DNA from: Paragordius varius
Taxonomy: Eukaryota; Animalia; Nematomorpha
DNA length: 64,000 bases
Direction: 5' to 3'
Assembly (NCBI GenBank): GCA_964247055.1
Contig: OZ176056.1
Coordinates: forward strand, 8,432,001-8,496,000
In this document: in pieces, positions 25,301 through 38,000 of the stretch
Layout of the letters: each line of letters begins with the position of its first letter
How positions within the stretch are numbered: the first letter of the stretch is position 1
Translations under genes and position numbers: made by a program
The notes under the pieces: generated by a model
What the model saw: the letters and a program-made list of their open reading frames with translations, nothing else
Told to the model about the DNA's origin: nothing
Database searches by the model: none

Positions 25301-28300
25301 TGCAAAGGGCATTTGTGCTCTTATTGTTCAATACCCGGATACTGATGGTTATTTAAATGACAGTTTACCTAACTTGGTTTCTATCGCTAAAAATAAAAAT
25401 GTAAGTAATTTAAAATATTTTATATTTTTTGTAAAATTAAAAAATATATTTAAATTTACGTTTATTTTTTTTGCATTGAAATGCATTTTTGTTGGGTTTA
25501 ATGGAGACAAAAATATATACAATTACACTTATATATATGTAAGTTTGAGATAATTATCGTTTTATGTTATATAAAATTAATAGTATAATCTGTTAATTTT
25601 GATATAATAAATGCCCTTTCCCAGTTGTATAATATTGCGAAATATATAAAATGATAGCACACTTAATTATTTCACAATTGTAATCATAATTATTCTAGAG
25701 TTATCAATTACAGATAAAACATTATGATTTGTTTTCTATTTAAAAACCATATTTTATGTTATGTCTTTTAGATTGGTATATTTACGTTTCGTCTTTATAT
25801 ATACCATTTACAGCTCAAATTCACCCTTAAACAATTCAAATTCACCCTCGAACAATACAAATTCACCCTAAAAATAAATTATGTGTTTTCGAACTAATAT
25901 AACTCCTCATTATTAATGAGAAATATATCATTATGGCATAGTTTATTATTTTTTCAGTATTTTTAAATTTAAAACAATATTTTTATTTTTTAAAAATATC
26001 TAAAAATATTGGGTAATTTTTAATCTAAAAACATATATTTTATTTGAGGGTGAATTTGAATTGTTTAAGGGTGAATTTTAATTGTTCAAGGGTGAATTTG
26101 AATTGTTTATGGGTGAATTTGAATTGTTTATGGGTGAATTTGAATTTTTTAGCTTTCAAACACTTTTTTTTAAAATTAGATTTTAAGCATATGTGGAACT
26201 GATTTATTAGCGTTGTGTGCTATTGAACCCCCTAAAGATTGTGATATAATGTATGGAAATTGTCAACGCATAGGTAATCCTTTGGGTTATGGCGGCCCTC
26301 ATGCCGCTTTTTTTGCTACGCAAAAATGTCACCTCAGACATATGCCTGGACGTATTGTCGGACTTTCAAAGTATAAAAAATCTTTTTTGATAAATTTTAA
26401 ATTTTAGTTTAGTTTATATTTTAATTTTAATTTTATGTTTTTTTTGCGTTTGACAAAGATTACTTGTCTTGTAATCGAATCGTAAATTCATATAATTTTA
26501 TAAAATAATGTAATAGCTTTTATAAATTTTTCAAGTTTTAAGTTTTTTTTCTCTATATAGGGTTTTTTGCTCAAATTTTTTAACGATATTAAAATTTTAA
26601 CGTTTCTAAAAAATACCGTTTTTTATCCATTATTATACTCTCCGTTTTTTAAATTAAAGTCAACATTTATTTCACAATCAAATTTTTAACCAAATTTAAC
26701 ATAAGAGCAGTAACTAGAAATGTTAGGATTAATTATTATGCCTAGGTTATATAAAGTATATAGTAAATTAATTAGTTATGGATAGTTTTGGATTTTTCCG
26801 CGATTTAATAATCAAGTTTTAATTTTTATGATATAATTGTTTTTTTGAAAAAACGCGAGTTTATAATTATATTCCGTTCGTCTTCATAATCTAACTTTAT
26901 AGTTTTACACCATGTTAAGATTTATGGAATATTTTTAAGAACGTATCAAAAACTTCATCAATTTTTATATTAAAACAAAAATCGAAAATTTTGAATAAAC
27001 AAATATCGTAAACTATTGTTTAATATGAAAGAAAAAGACCATTTTATACGTAGTAAGCCATATATATAATAAATAAACTATTGTATCCAAAGTTTTAAAA
27101 ACGAGCTTATTTTACATAAATATTCATTTGTATTGTGTAAAATGATTCAAATTTTTATATAATACAATGCTTAAAATATTTTCTTTGTATAAATTTTGAA
27201 GAATCTTTTTTTTTGTTGATTTTTAGAGATGTTCATAATGAACCAGCTTATAGACTTATGCTTCAAACTCGAGAACAACACATTAAACGAGCAAAAGCCA
27301 CATCAAACATTTGCACCTCACAAGTTTTGAGTTTTTACTTTTTAGTTTCCGTAAAAAATATAAAGTTGAAAAAGGCCTTAGGTAATAATCTGAATTTTAA
27401 AGGGTTTTTTTGAAAATTTTTTTTTAATTAGACCCATAAAGCGTTAAAAATATCTCGATATTAAACAAAAATTACAAAGGTTATAAAAAATATTCGGTAA
27501 TTAATCTGAATTTTAAAGGGTTTTTTTGCAAAAAAATGTTTTTTTAATTTTACCATAAAGCGAAAATATCACGATATTAAACAAAAATTAAAGTTGAAAA
27601 AAGTGTTCGGTAATAATCTGAATTTTAAAGGGTTTTTTTGCAATTTTTTTTTTAATTTTACCATAAAGCGTTAAAAATATTTTTTTGTAAAAAATATAAA
27701 GTTGAAAAAGGCCTTAGGTAATAATCTGAATTTTTAAGGGTTTTTTTGCAAATTCTTTTATAATTAGACCCATAAAGCGTTATAAATATTTTCTGTAAAC
27801 AAAATAAAGTTGAAAAAAGTGTTCGGTAATTAATCTAAATTTTAAAGGGTTTTTTTGCAAAATGTTTTTTAATTTTACCATAAAGCGTTAAAAATATTTT
27901 CTGTAAAAAATATAAAGTTGAAAAAAAAGTGTTCGGTAATAATCTGAATTTTTAAGGGTTTTTTTGCAAAAAAAAATGTTTTTTTTAATTTTACCATAAA
28001 GCGTTAAAAATATCCTGATATTAAACAAAAATTACAAAGGTTACAAAAAAAATTCGGTAATTAATCTGAATTTTAAAGGGTTTTTTTTTCAAAAAAAATG
28101 TTTTTTTAATTAGACCTATAAGCGTTAAAAATATCTCGATATTAAAAAAAATTACAAAGGTTGATAAAAATCTCGTTTTCAATAAATAATGAAATACGAA
28201 AACTAATTTGCAAAAACTCTTAGTAAAAATTGGCTATTATATTAAAATTATAATTAAGGATAAAATTATTTTTCTTTATATTAGTATATAGCTATATTTC

Positions 28301-30689
28301 TACAAACATATATTACTAAGACATGTATCAAATTACATACCTTTTAAAGATGTATGTAAAAAAGTATATAACGGTTTAATAAATCATTGTTTTTTTTTTT
28401 GGGGGGGGGGGGGGGGGGGGAGGGTTAATTTTTTTAAGCTTGTGAACTATAATTTTTCCCTTATGAAAAAATTTATAAGCATAATATTTATTGCAATTTA
28501 AAAAAGACAATAGACAAATTTATTTTTTTAAAAAGATAACGTAATTTTTAAATAAATCACTTTCATATAACACAAAAGTTACATCTAAAAAAGTTAAAAC
28601 AATAAAAAAATATTTGTCTTTTCTTTTTTTACGTTTTGTCTTTAAATCTTTTTGATGTCTAAAAAGTTATCTTTTACAAAAAACTACATTCAAACTTGTA
28701 ATTTTTGTTTTATTTAATTAATTAATTAAATAATTGATAATTTTTGATAATTTTCGATAATTTTTATATAATTTAATAGGCTTTATTAGCAAATATGAGT
28801 GCTTTATATGCCATATATCATGGTCCCCACAATTTATATGATATCGCTAATCGGGTACATAATCTAACTGTTAAACTGAAAAATGGTAATTTTCTGTAGA
28901 CTTATTTCTTAATTTATTAGATAGAATTTAAAAATCACCCTTGAAAAATTTAAAAATCACCCTTGAACATTTCAAATTCACCCTTAAAATAAATTATGTG
29001 TTTTTAATTTTTCAGTATTATTTTAATTTATAGGAAAATCCATTTATTAAAAGTATGAAAAAATATAGATAATTTTTAATACTAAAAACACATTTTTTAG
29101 CGTCAATTTAAATTGTAAAGGGTAATATGATTGTTTGAGGGTGAATTTGAAAGGTAAATGGTATACTATTTTTTAAAATTTTACCTTAATTTTTCTTGAA
29201 AAAAATTATTAATGTTACAATTTTATAAATACATTATCATTTAGAGATAAGAGTTTAAAAATTATAGTTGTTTTTTTACTTTTTTTTTCTTTTTCGTATC
29301 CAATTAATAAATATTGCAAATATAAATATTATAAAATGAAATTAACAAAATTATTATGATTTGTATAACTTTTGAAAATTAAAATTAATGGAGATTTTTA
29401 TATTTTTAATTTAAAAAAATTAAATAATTTTTTAGGGTTATCCTACTTGGGTCATACTGTCATATATGATAAATTTTTCGATACCCTAAAAATCAAACTT
29501 AACACTAATGTAATTCCAATGAATGCCTTAAAAGAAAAAGCCAAAACGTACAAAATCAATTTTCGATACTTTGATGAATTTAGCAATGTTGATAATAATT
29601 TGGTATTTTTTATAATTTTTTTATTTTTATATAAATCTTATAATAAAATATATTTTCTTAGATATATATTAGCATATTGGAGTTTTATTTAAATTATAAA
29701 AATTTTTTGGTTGTTTGAGTTTTGTTCGCAAATAACCAGTTAAAAACAGATGTGTTAAAGTTTTTTGTTATTTATTCAGCATATACAATGGATTTTACAT
29801 TAAAATGAAATATTGTTTGATATTATTGAGGCATATAATTTTATTATAATTACATTTCTAAATAATACATATATAGTTAGTTGTATTTATCAAAAATATA
29901 TTAATTATTTTATGATAAATATAATTCATATAATTTTTACAATTTTTTTTCAAAAAAGTTTGACTATATATTATATCGGTTTATTTTATTTTTAGATTGG
30001 AATTGCATTGGATGAAACAACAAGTGAGACGGATATATTACAAATTTTAAACATTTTCAATTCTGGGAATAATTTGAAAACAAATTTAAACAATTCAAAC
30101 AATAATGAAATGCATATTTCCGATTCAAAACAACATTTAATAGGTTTTGCTAGAAAACCATTATATTTGGCTCAGGACGTGTTTAATAAGTATTTTTAAT
30201 TTTAATAGTATCATATTCAAAAAAGTAACATTGAAAAGTTTATTTTATTTACTGTAAAACTTTAAATTATACCTTAAATATATAAATTATTCAAAAAAGT
30301 TTCATTTTTCCTAAACGACAATTATACTTTTTAAACTTTTTCATTGGGTTGTTACCAATTTACATTTCTATTTTATAGTTTTGCGGTAAAAAACAATGAG
30401 TTTTATTTTTTTGAAAAAAAATTAAGACCTAAAATGTATGGATGGTTGTTTATTTTGAAAAAAAAAGGATATTTGTCTTTATATTTTTACGTTTCGTCCA
30501 TAGTATAATTTCAATTATTTTATAACTGTATAATTCACATTTATCATTTTTAACATAGTTAATATGGAAAAGTTTGCACAATCTAACGAAATAAATTTAC
30601 TAATGTTTGCGATAAAATTATAATTTAAAAATATTTATACATTTTTGCGAATTTCAAAATTATAAAAGCAGGATTTAATATGAATTAAC

Positions 30690-30730
<41 letters not shown>

Positions 30731-33700
30731 TTTACAATTCGAATTTACCCTTGAACAATTCAAATTCACCCAAAAATAAATTATGTGTTTTCGGGCAGCT
30801 AATATAATTAACTCATCATTAATAATAAATATATTCTATTCGGCATAGTTTATTATTTTTCCAGTACTATATTATTTTTCAACGTATTTTTCATTTTTTA
30901 AATATATGTTAAACAATATAGGCAATTTTAATTTAAATTAGGCGATTTTGAATCGTTCAAGGGTGAATTTGAATTGTAAATGGGTTATATTAAGTAATTA
31001 AGGTGTAACAATATCGGTTTTTATAAAAACTTTGTCTTTTTATAATTTAAAACCAAAAATTATATTTAGATTTTTCATATATTTTATTTATTTTAGTTAT
31101 CATAGCGAAACGGAATTTGTCAGATTTTTGAAGCGAATGGAAAATAAAGATTTATCCCTTACTCATTCTATGATACCTTTAGTAAAAAATAATTACTATT
31201 AATATTTATATTTTTTTTTGAGAAAAAATTTGATATATTTATATAATTTTAATTATTTTAATTTATATTTTAGGGTTCATGTACTATGAAATTAAATGCA
31301 ACAGTCGAACTGATGGTATAAATATCTATTGTAATTTCATTTTATTTTATGATTTTTTCTGATATTTCATATAAGAAAAATGAATTTCATAATTTATATA
31401 TATATAATTTTATTGTAAAATAAATTTTATCTTTTACAAGATGGGCCACCCCTTGCCATAAGTAATTTTAATACGACTTTTTGTAATTAAATCTATATAA
31501 ATTTTATTTATTTTATTTACTATTAAATATCTGATATTATTACATCCCCACAATATGGAGTGTAAGGATATATTAAGGTTTGAAAAAGTATAGTTTTCTT
31601 TCTAAAAAAAGGTGACATTTGTCCTATAGTTTTAAGATTGAATTTCAATTTTAAAACTAATTGAATTTATTTAGGGAAAACTTATATTAAAACAAAACAC
31701 TAATATTCCTCAACATTGTTTTTTTCAATAATAAAACTGTTTTGAAAAATCAAAGTTAAACAAATGGTTTTTTTTTAAAAAAAATTTTTTTTGCATTTTA
31801 TGTTTTGTCATTTTTACTATGGATATAAAAATTATTTATTTTTTTAAAAGCCCTACATCTTTTTTAATTTCTCACATCATTTTATATTTTCACATATAAA
31901 AATTATTTGATTAATTTTAATTGTAAAATATATATCAAATTCAATACGTTACCGTCAATTACATCTCTATTTCATAATTTGCAATTTATATTTGATGAAT
32001 AAAAATCAATTTTAAAAAAAGTACATCGTCCCCTTTAAGAAAAAAAATATTTATTTGTCTTTATAATAAATCTTGATATATTTTCGATTATGATATAATA
32101 GCCTATTACATGGTCAAATTTTGCTAATATTCACCCTTACGTACCAAGCGAGCAAACTCAAGGCTATAAAACAATTTTTGAAGAGTTATCAGAATTGCTA
32201 TGTTCTCTTATTGGAATGGATGCTATTTCATATCAATCTAATAGGTTTTTTAGTTGACTAATTTATTTTTATTTGCATTGTGATTTTTTAAAAAAATATT
32301 TGTTTGAGGTTTACGTTAAGGAGTTTTTTTTAGTTTTAACTTTTTACGACAAATTTATTTTTATTTGCATTGTGATTTTCACAAAAAAATATTTGTTTGA
32401 GGTTTACGTTAAGGAGTTTTTTGAAAATTTTAAATTTAATGATACATATATAGATTTTTACGCAGTAAAAATTGAAATTATACCGCGGACAAAGCGTAAA
32501 TAACATATATAAAGACATAAATTTTTTTTCAAAATACAACCCCATACTTTTTTAAAATTTAAATTGTTTAATTTTATAACTCATTGTTTAAAACATATAT
32601 TGGTAACACAATAAACAATTTTAACATTTTAAAGTGGTAAATAAATATTTTATATGAGAAAATTTAAGGTTTAAAAAGTATGGTTGTCTTACGTAAAAAA
32701 TAATATTTGTCCTTTTATTTTTACGTTTTGTCATTCCGTAAAATTTCAATTTTTACTGCTCCTAAATAAAAGGTAAAAAATTAAGTCATATATTTTTTTC
32801 CCATCTGTTATTCATTTTTAAACCCCTGAACTATTTAATTACAATTTTAATTGATATAATTAAGCATAATAGAGCAATTTACGGCTATATAATTCTTTTT
32901 GATTCAATAATATTTAATACAGTAAAAATTGAAATTATAGGACAAAACGTAAAAATATTAATGACAAATATATTTATCTTCTAAAAGACAACCCATACTT
33001 TTTAAAACGTTAATTTTTCCCATATAAGCTATTAAGTTACAATTGTGAAATATAGTATTAATTGTCTTAGTATTATATATCTCTATTTCACATTTTGCCA
33101 TTTAAAACAATGAGTTTGAAATAAATTAAAACGGTAAAAAGTATGGGGTTGTCTTTGAGATAAAAAATATTTGTCTTTATATTTTTAATTTTGTCCTTTC
33201 GTATAATTTCAGTTTTTACTGTATAATCAAGTATTATAAATATGGATATTGTCTTTTTGGTTTTGTTTTTTAGCTTTTACTAGTTTTTTGTGTAAGGCAA
33301 AATATTATCAATTTTTACTAAAATATTTTATTTTCCTAAAGAAAACACCTACGTTTGCAGTAAAATTTTTTTCCACGAAACAATAGATTAAAAGTATTTG
33401 TATATATTATTTAGTGGTGCCCAGGGCGAATATTCAGGACTTTGTACCATCTTATCTTATTTAGATGACAAATCTAATTTGGATAATACACCAAAACGAA
33501 GGGTATTTTATGTTTAAATAACTATATATATACTTGATTTTAACTTAAAAGTTAAATTATAAAGGATAAAAGGTAAAAACTCAAAAGACTAATTTTTTTT
33601 TTAATGGCAAAACCATTTAAACCTCGAATAATATATTATAGTATCCGAAATTGGTAATCCAATCAAGTATATAATTCTATATCACTTATCAAGGTTTAAA

Positions 33701-34971
33701 AATATGATGTTGTCTCTGTTTTTTAATTTTAGTTTTACGACTTTTTTTGTCTTTTTACTTTTTCTGTAATTTAATATCAAATTATAGATATATTTTGGTT
33801 TTTTCAATAAAATTTTTTTAGTTATTTTATATTTTATGATTTTCAATATGATTGTAATTAAACATAAATTAAACATAAAATATAAATAAATTTTTTTTAA
33901 TTTTTATTCTTTTATTTTTGTTCTTTTAAGGTCTGTTTAATACCAAACTCTGCACACGGGACAAACTTTTCATCAGCAAATCTAGCTGGTATGGCTATCA
34001 TACCCTTAAACACGGACAAGAATGGATGTATCAATATGACTGAATTAGATCTCCTTGTAAATTTTTGGATTAATTATTTAAAAATTACTTTTTTTTGATA
34101 TGAAAAAGAATATTGAAATGTAAATTTTATAAAAAAAACTAAAGAGTTTTTATTATTAATAATAAATAAACCTTAAATAATTGTAATATAGGCGCATTTT
34201 GAATCGCTAATATGGAATTGAGGTGTAAATTGGAAATAATCCTCTTTTATACTTCTATAAGTTAAAAAAAGTTTTCATTAAAAATTAAAAAAAGGATGGC
34301 TGTTTATAATTTTTATGTTTATATAAAAAATTTACTAAAAATATTTTTGAATTTTTTTATCTATATATATTTATAATAAATTTGGCGTATAGTTGGAAAA
34401 ACACGGTTTCGAAATCGCTTCTCTTATGATAACTTATCCCTCGACCCATGGTTTTTTTGACCCAAATATCAAGTTATATATGTGCCATTTACAATTCAAA
34501 TTAACCCTTGAACATTTCAAATTCACCCTCCAATAAATTTTATGTTTTTTAAAAATAAAAATTACCTATATTTTATGAAAAATAAAATTTTCTTTTACAT
34601 TAAATATTACGTAATAGTAATTCGAAAACACATAATTTATTTATAGGGTGAATTTGAATTGTTCAAAAGTGAATTTGAACTGTAAATGGTATATATATAT
34701 ATTGTTGTAAATAAAAATCAATAAGAAAAAAAATATAATTTATCATGACAAAAACATAATCAGTAAAAAGTTATGGATTTAAAAATATCTGTTTTAGAAT
34801 GAGATATATGTTAGATAGGTATAACTGTTTAAAATCTCACTCAATTTTATAAATTTATTTCGTAGATATTTCCATGAAAAAATTAATTTTCAAGATATTC
34901 AATTTTTATATTTATATATTTGTTCTTTAGTAAATTTAATTTTTAAATTTTATTAAATGTATAAATATATT

Positions 34972-35013
<42 letters not shown>

Positions 35014-38000
35014 AATTTGTGAAAAGATTCATGCAAAAGGTGGCTTAGTTTACATGGATGGTGCTAATATGAATGCTCAAGTATAATATAATTTAAATTA
35101 CTTAAATTACGCTATCTCCGATATTTTTAACAACAAAAACTTTTATATAATAATTTTAGAAATTTGTAGGCCGGTATTTAAATAATTACCATATTATATT
35201 ATATTTCAGTCAAAAGTAACATTTTTTAACTTTTTTTTGCTTGAAAAAATGTTGTGTTTGGTTAAAATGATATGTTAGTATGCCTGATCTTAAAATGATA
35301 ATATTATATTAAAAATTCGAAGTTTTCAAACATTTTGTAAATTTTGAAAATTTACCAAAAAAAATTAATTTATCATTTAATAATTGTTTGACTTATTTTT
35401 CCTAAAAAAACTTGAATTTTTTTATTTTTAGATTGGTTTATGCAGACCAGGTGATATGGGCGCAGATGTTTGCCATTTAAATTTACACAAAACTTTTTGC
35501 ATACCCCATGGGGGTGGGGGGCCAGGCATGGGACCTATTTTAGTGTAAAAAACCTTAGAATTTTATGAAAAAAATTGAAATTTTTATTTAAATCAATATT
35601 ATATAGTATTCGTTTATATATAAAGATTTTTTTAATTGCTTTTTATAATTGCAGTTTTTAAAGACCGTTTTTTATGTTAAATTGTTAAATAATGTTAAAT
35701 AATTATCCAAAAATTAGCATTTTAAGTCTTAATGCCTAAATAGTTGAATAATTTTCAAAAAATTAGTTTTTTAACAGTCAAATCATATCATATGGTCAAA
35801 ATAAAAATTTATTATCCTTATAATAATAATTCTATCTATCCAATTTTTTTCACGTTATTACCATTTTTGGAATCCATTGTGTAAAATTTAACTTTTAAAC
35901 AAATTATCTTGATAATTTTGTTTTCAAAATCTGAAAAATCCAACTTTTTTCGAAATTTACAAATAACTTTATTTAAAATTAAATTTATTTTTATGCCTGA
36001 AACATATATACATATATATTCCTTCTGTACTTTTACAGTATGCTTATTTATACTACCCAAATCACATTATTGATGGTCAATTGGTCATACAGTAGCGTGG
36101 GTTATAAAACAATTTTTGTCCTTAATTTAATTTATAAAAAAGTAATGTAAGATGGAAAAACAATGTAGACTTCAACCTTTTGTTATTTTTACCCATACAC
36201 TACTGTTGTGTGTATAGCCAATCAACCAACAATAATATCAATAAGCCAGATAAAAAACCTGTATATTTTCCTTTTTTTTTCGTTTGAATAGCAAAAATTT
36301 TTTGAAACCTTACTTACCTCAAGTTCCCACAACACTTTCACAAACCCTACCCTATTACGAAAAATATTTTGGAAAAAAAGTTTTTTTTGAACCGAAAACT
36401 TTATGCGGAAATCAAAAGGAGGAATCTTTAAAATATTTCGGATCTATATCAGGCAGTGAGTTAGGATCCGCCCTAATCTGTATAATTCCATGGGCTTATA
36501 TACGGCTTATGGGCGGGGGGAATGGTTTGAAACGAGCTACTCAAATAGCCATACTCAATGCAAATTATGCTAAACAACAATTATCTAACGCATACCCCAT
36601 GTATTGTGGCAATCATCAAATAAAAAGTGACTCTGAGAAACTACCCCTTATCAATAATGAGGGTATTTACCATATGTAATAATCAGTGATTGTAAAATTA
36701 AAATTGTTTTTGATTTCCGCGGTTTTAAAGTGTAATAATTGATTGAAATTATACGTGAGGACCAAACATAAAAATATAAAGACAAATATAGTTTCTTAAA
36801 ATCAATGAGAATTTTTGAATCTTAATTTTTGTGAATCGAATCATTATTTAATATTGCAAAGTGTGAAATAGAGTTATATATATTAACACAATCAATTTTA
36901 AATGTTACAATCGTAAGTAAATAGCTTATAGAGGAAAAATTAAGGTTTGAAAAAGTATGGTTGTCTTGTGAAATATATTTGTCTTGACTTTTTTACGTTT
37001 TGTCCGTATAATTTCAATTTTTACTGTAAGTCGATTTTTTAAAAAAAAACGGTTTTTAACCCAATGAAACCGGCTTAGTTTCTTAGAGTTGAAAAAAAAA
37101 CGGTTTTGTTTTCATTATTTTTGTTGGAGAAAAATTTTAATTTTATTTGTTATGTTAAACTCAATCAATACTTGTTTTTAATTACATTTTCATAATTTGA
37201 ATGTTGAAATAACAAACAAGATATATCCATATTTTTGATTAAAATCAAAATTTAATCTTTTAAGAATAATGGGTAATATAATAAAGCATCATCTCACCCG
37301 TTTCAATTCCTTTTAACTTCTTTTTAATAGATTATTATTATAAATAAATAGTCTAATGATTATTATAAAAATACATCCGAATAGAACCCCAATTTTATTA
37401 TATTTTCCCATATCATAAACTATTTTTTTTAAATTAAGCTCTAAACACCTAGTACATTGAAATTGAAATATAGGACAACACGTAAAAATATAAGACTTTT
37501 GTTATGCTTGATTGTTTTAAATTTGAATATAAGGAATATTTTAATTGTATGAAAAAAATATATAGTTAAAGATATTATACGGAAACGTGAAAATATAAAG
37601 ACAAATATTTTTATCTGAAAGACAACCATACTTAAAACCTTAATGTTTCCCATATAAGCAATTGTAAAATATAGAATTGATTATGTTAATAATATATATC
37701 TCTATTATACACTTTACCATTTTAAACAATGAGTTATATTAACGTAAATCTTGATTTAAAAAGTATGTATGGTTGTCTTTGGAAAAAAATATTTCTTGTC
37801 TTTATTTTTTAACGTTTTGTCCGTATAGTTTCAGTTTTACTGTAAATGTGTTCAAGTTTAACTATTTCAATTTTATTACAGTTAAAATTCACCCTTGAAC
37901 AATTCAAATTCACCCTCGAAATAATTCAAATTCACCCTAAAAATAAATTATTATGTGTTTCCGAACTAATATAACTCATTATTAATATAAAATATATCTT

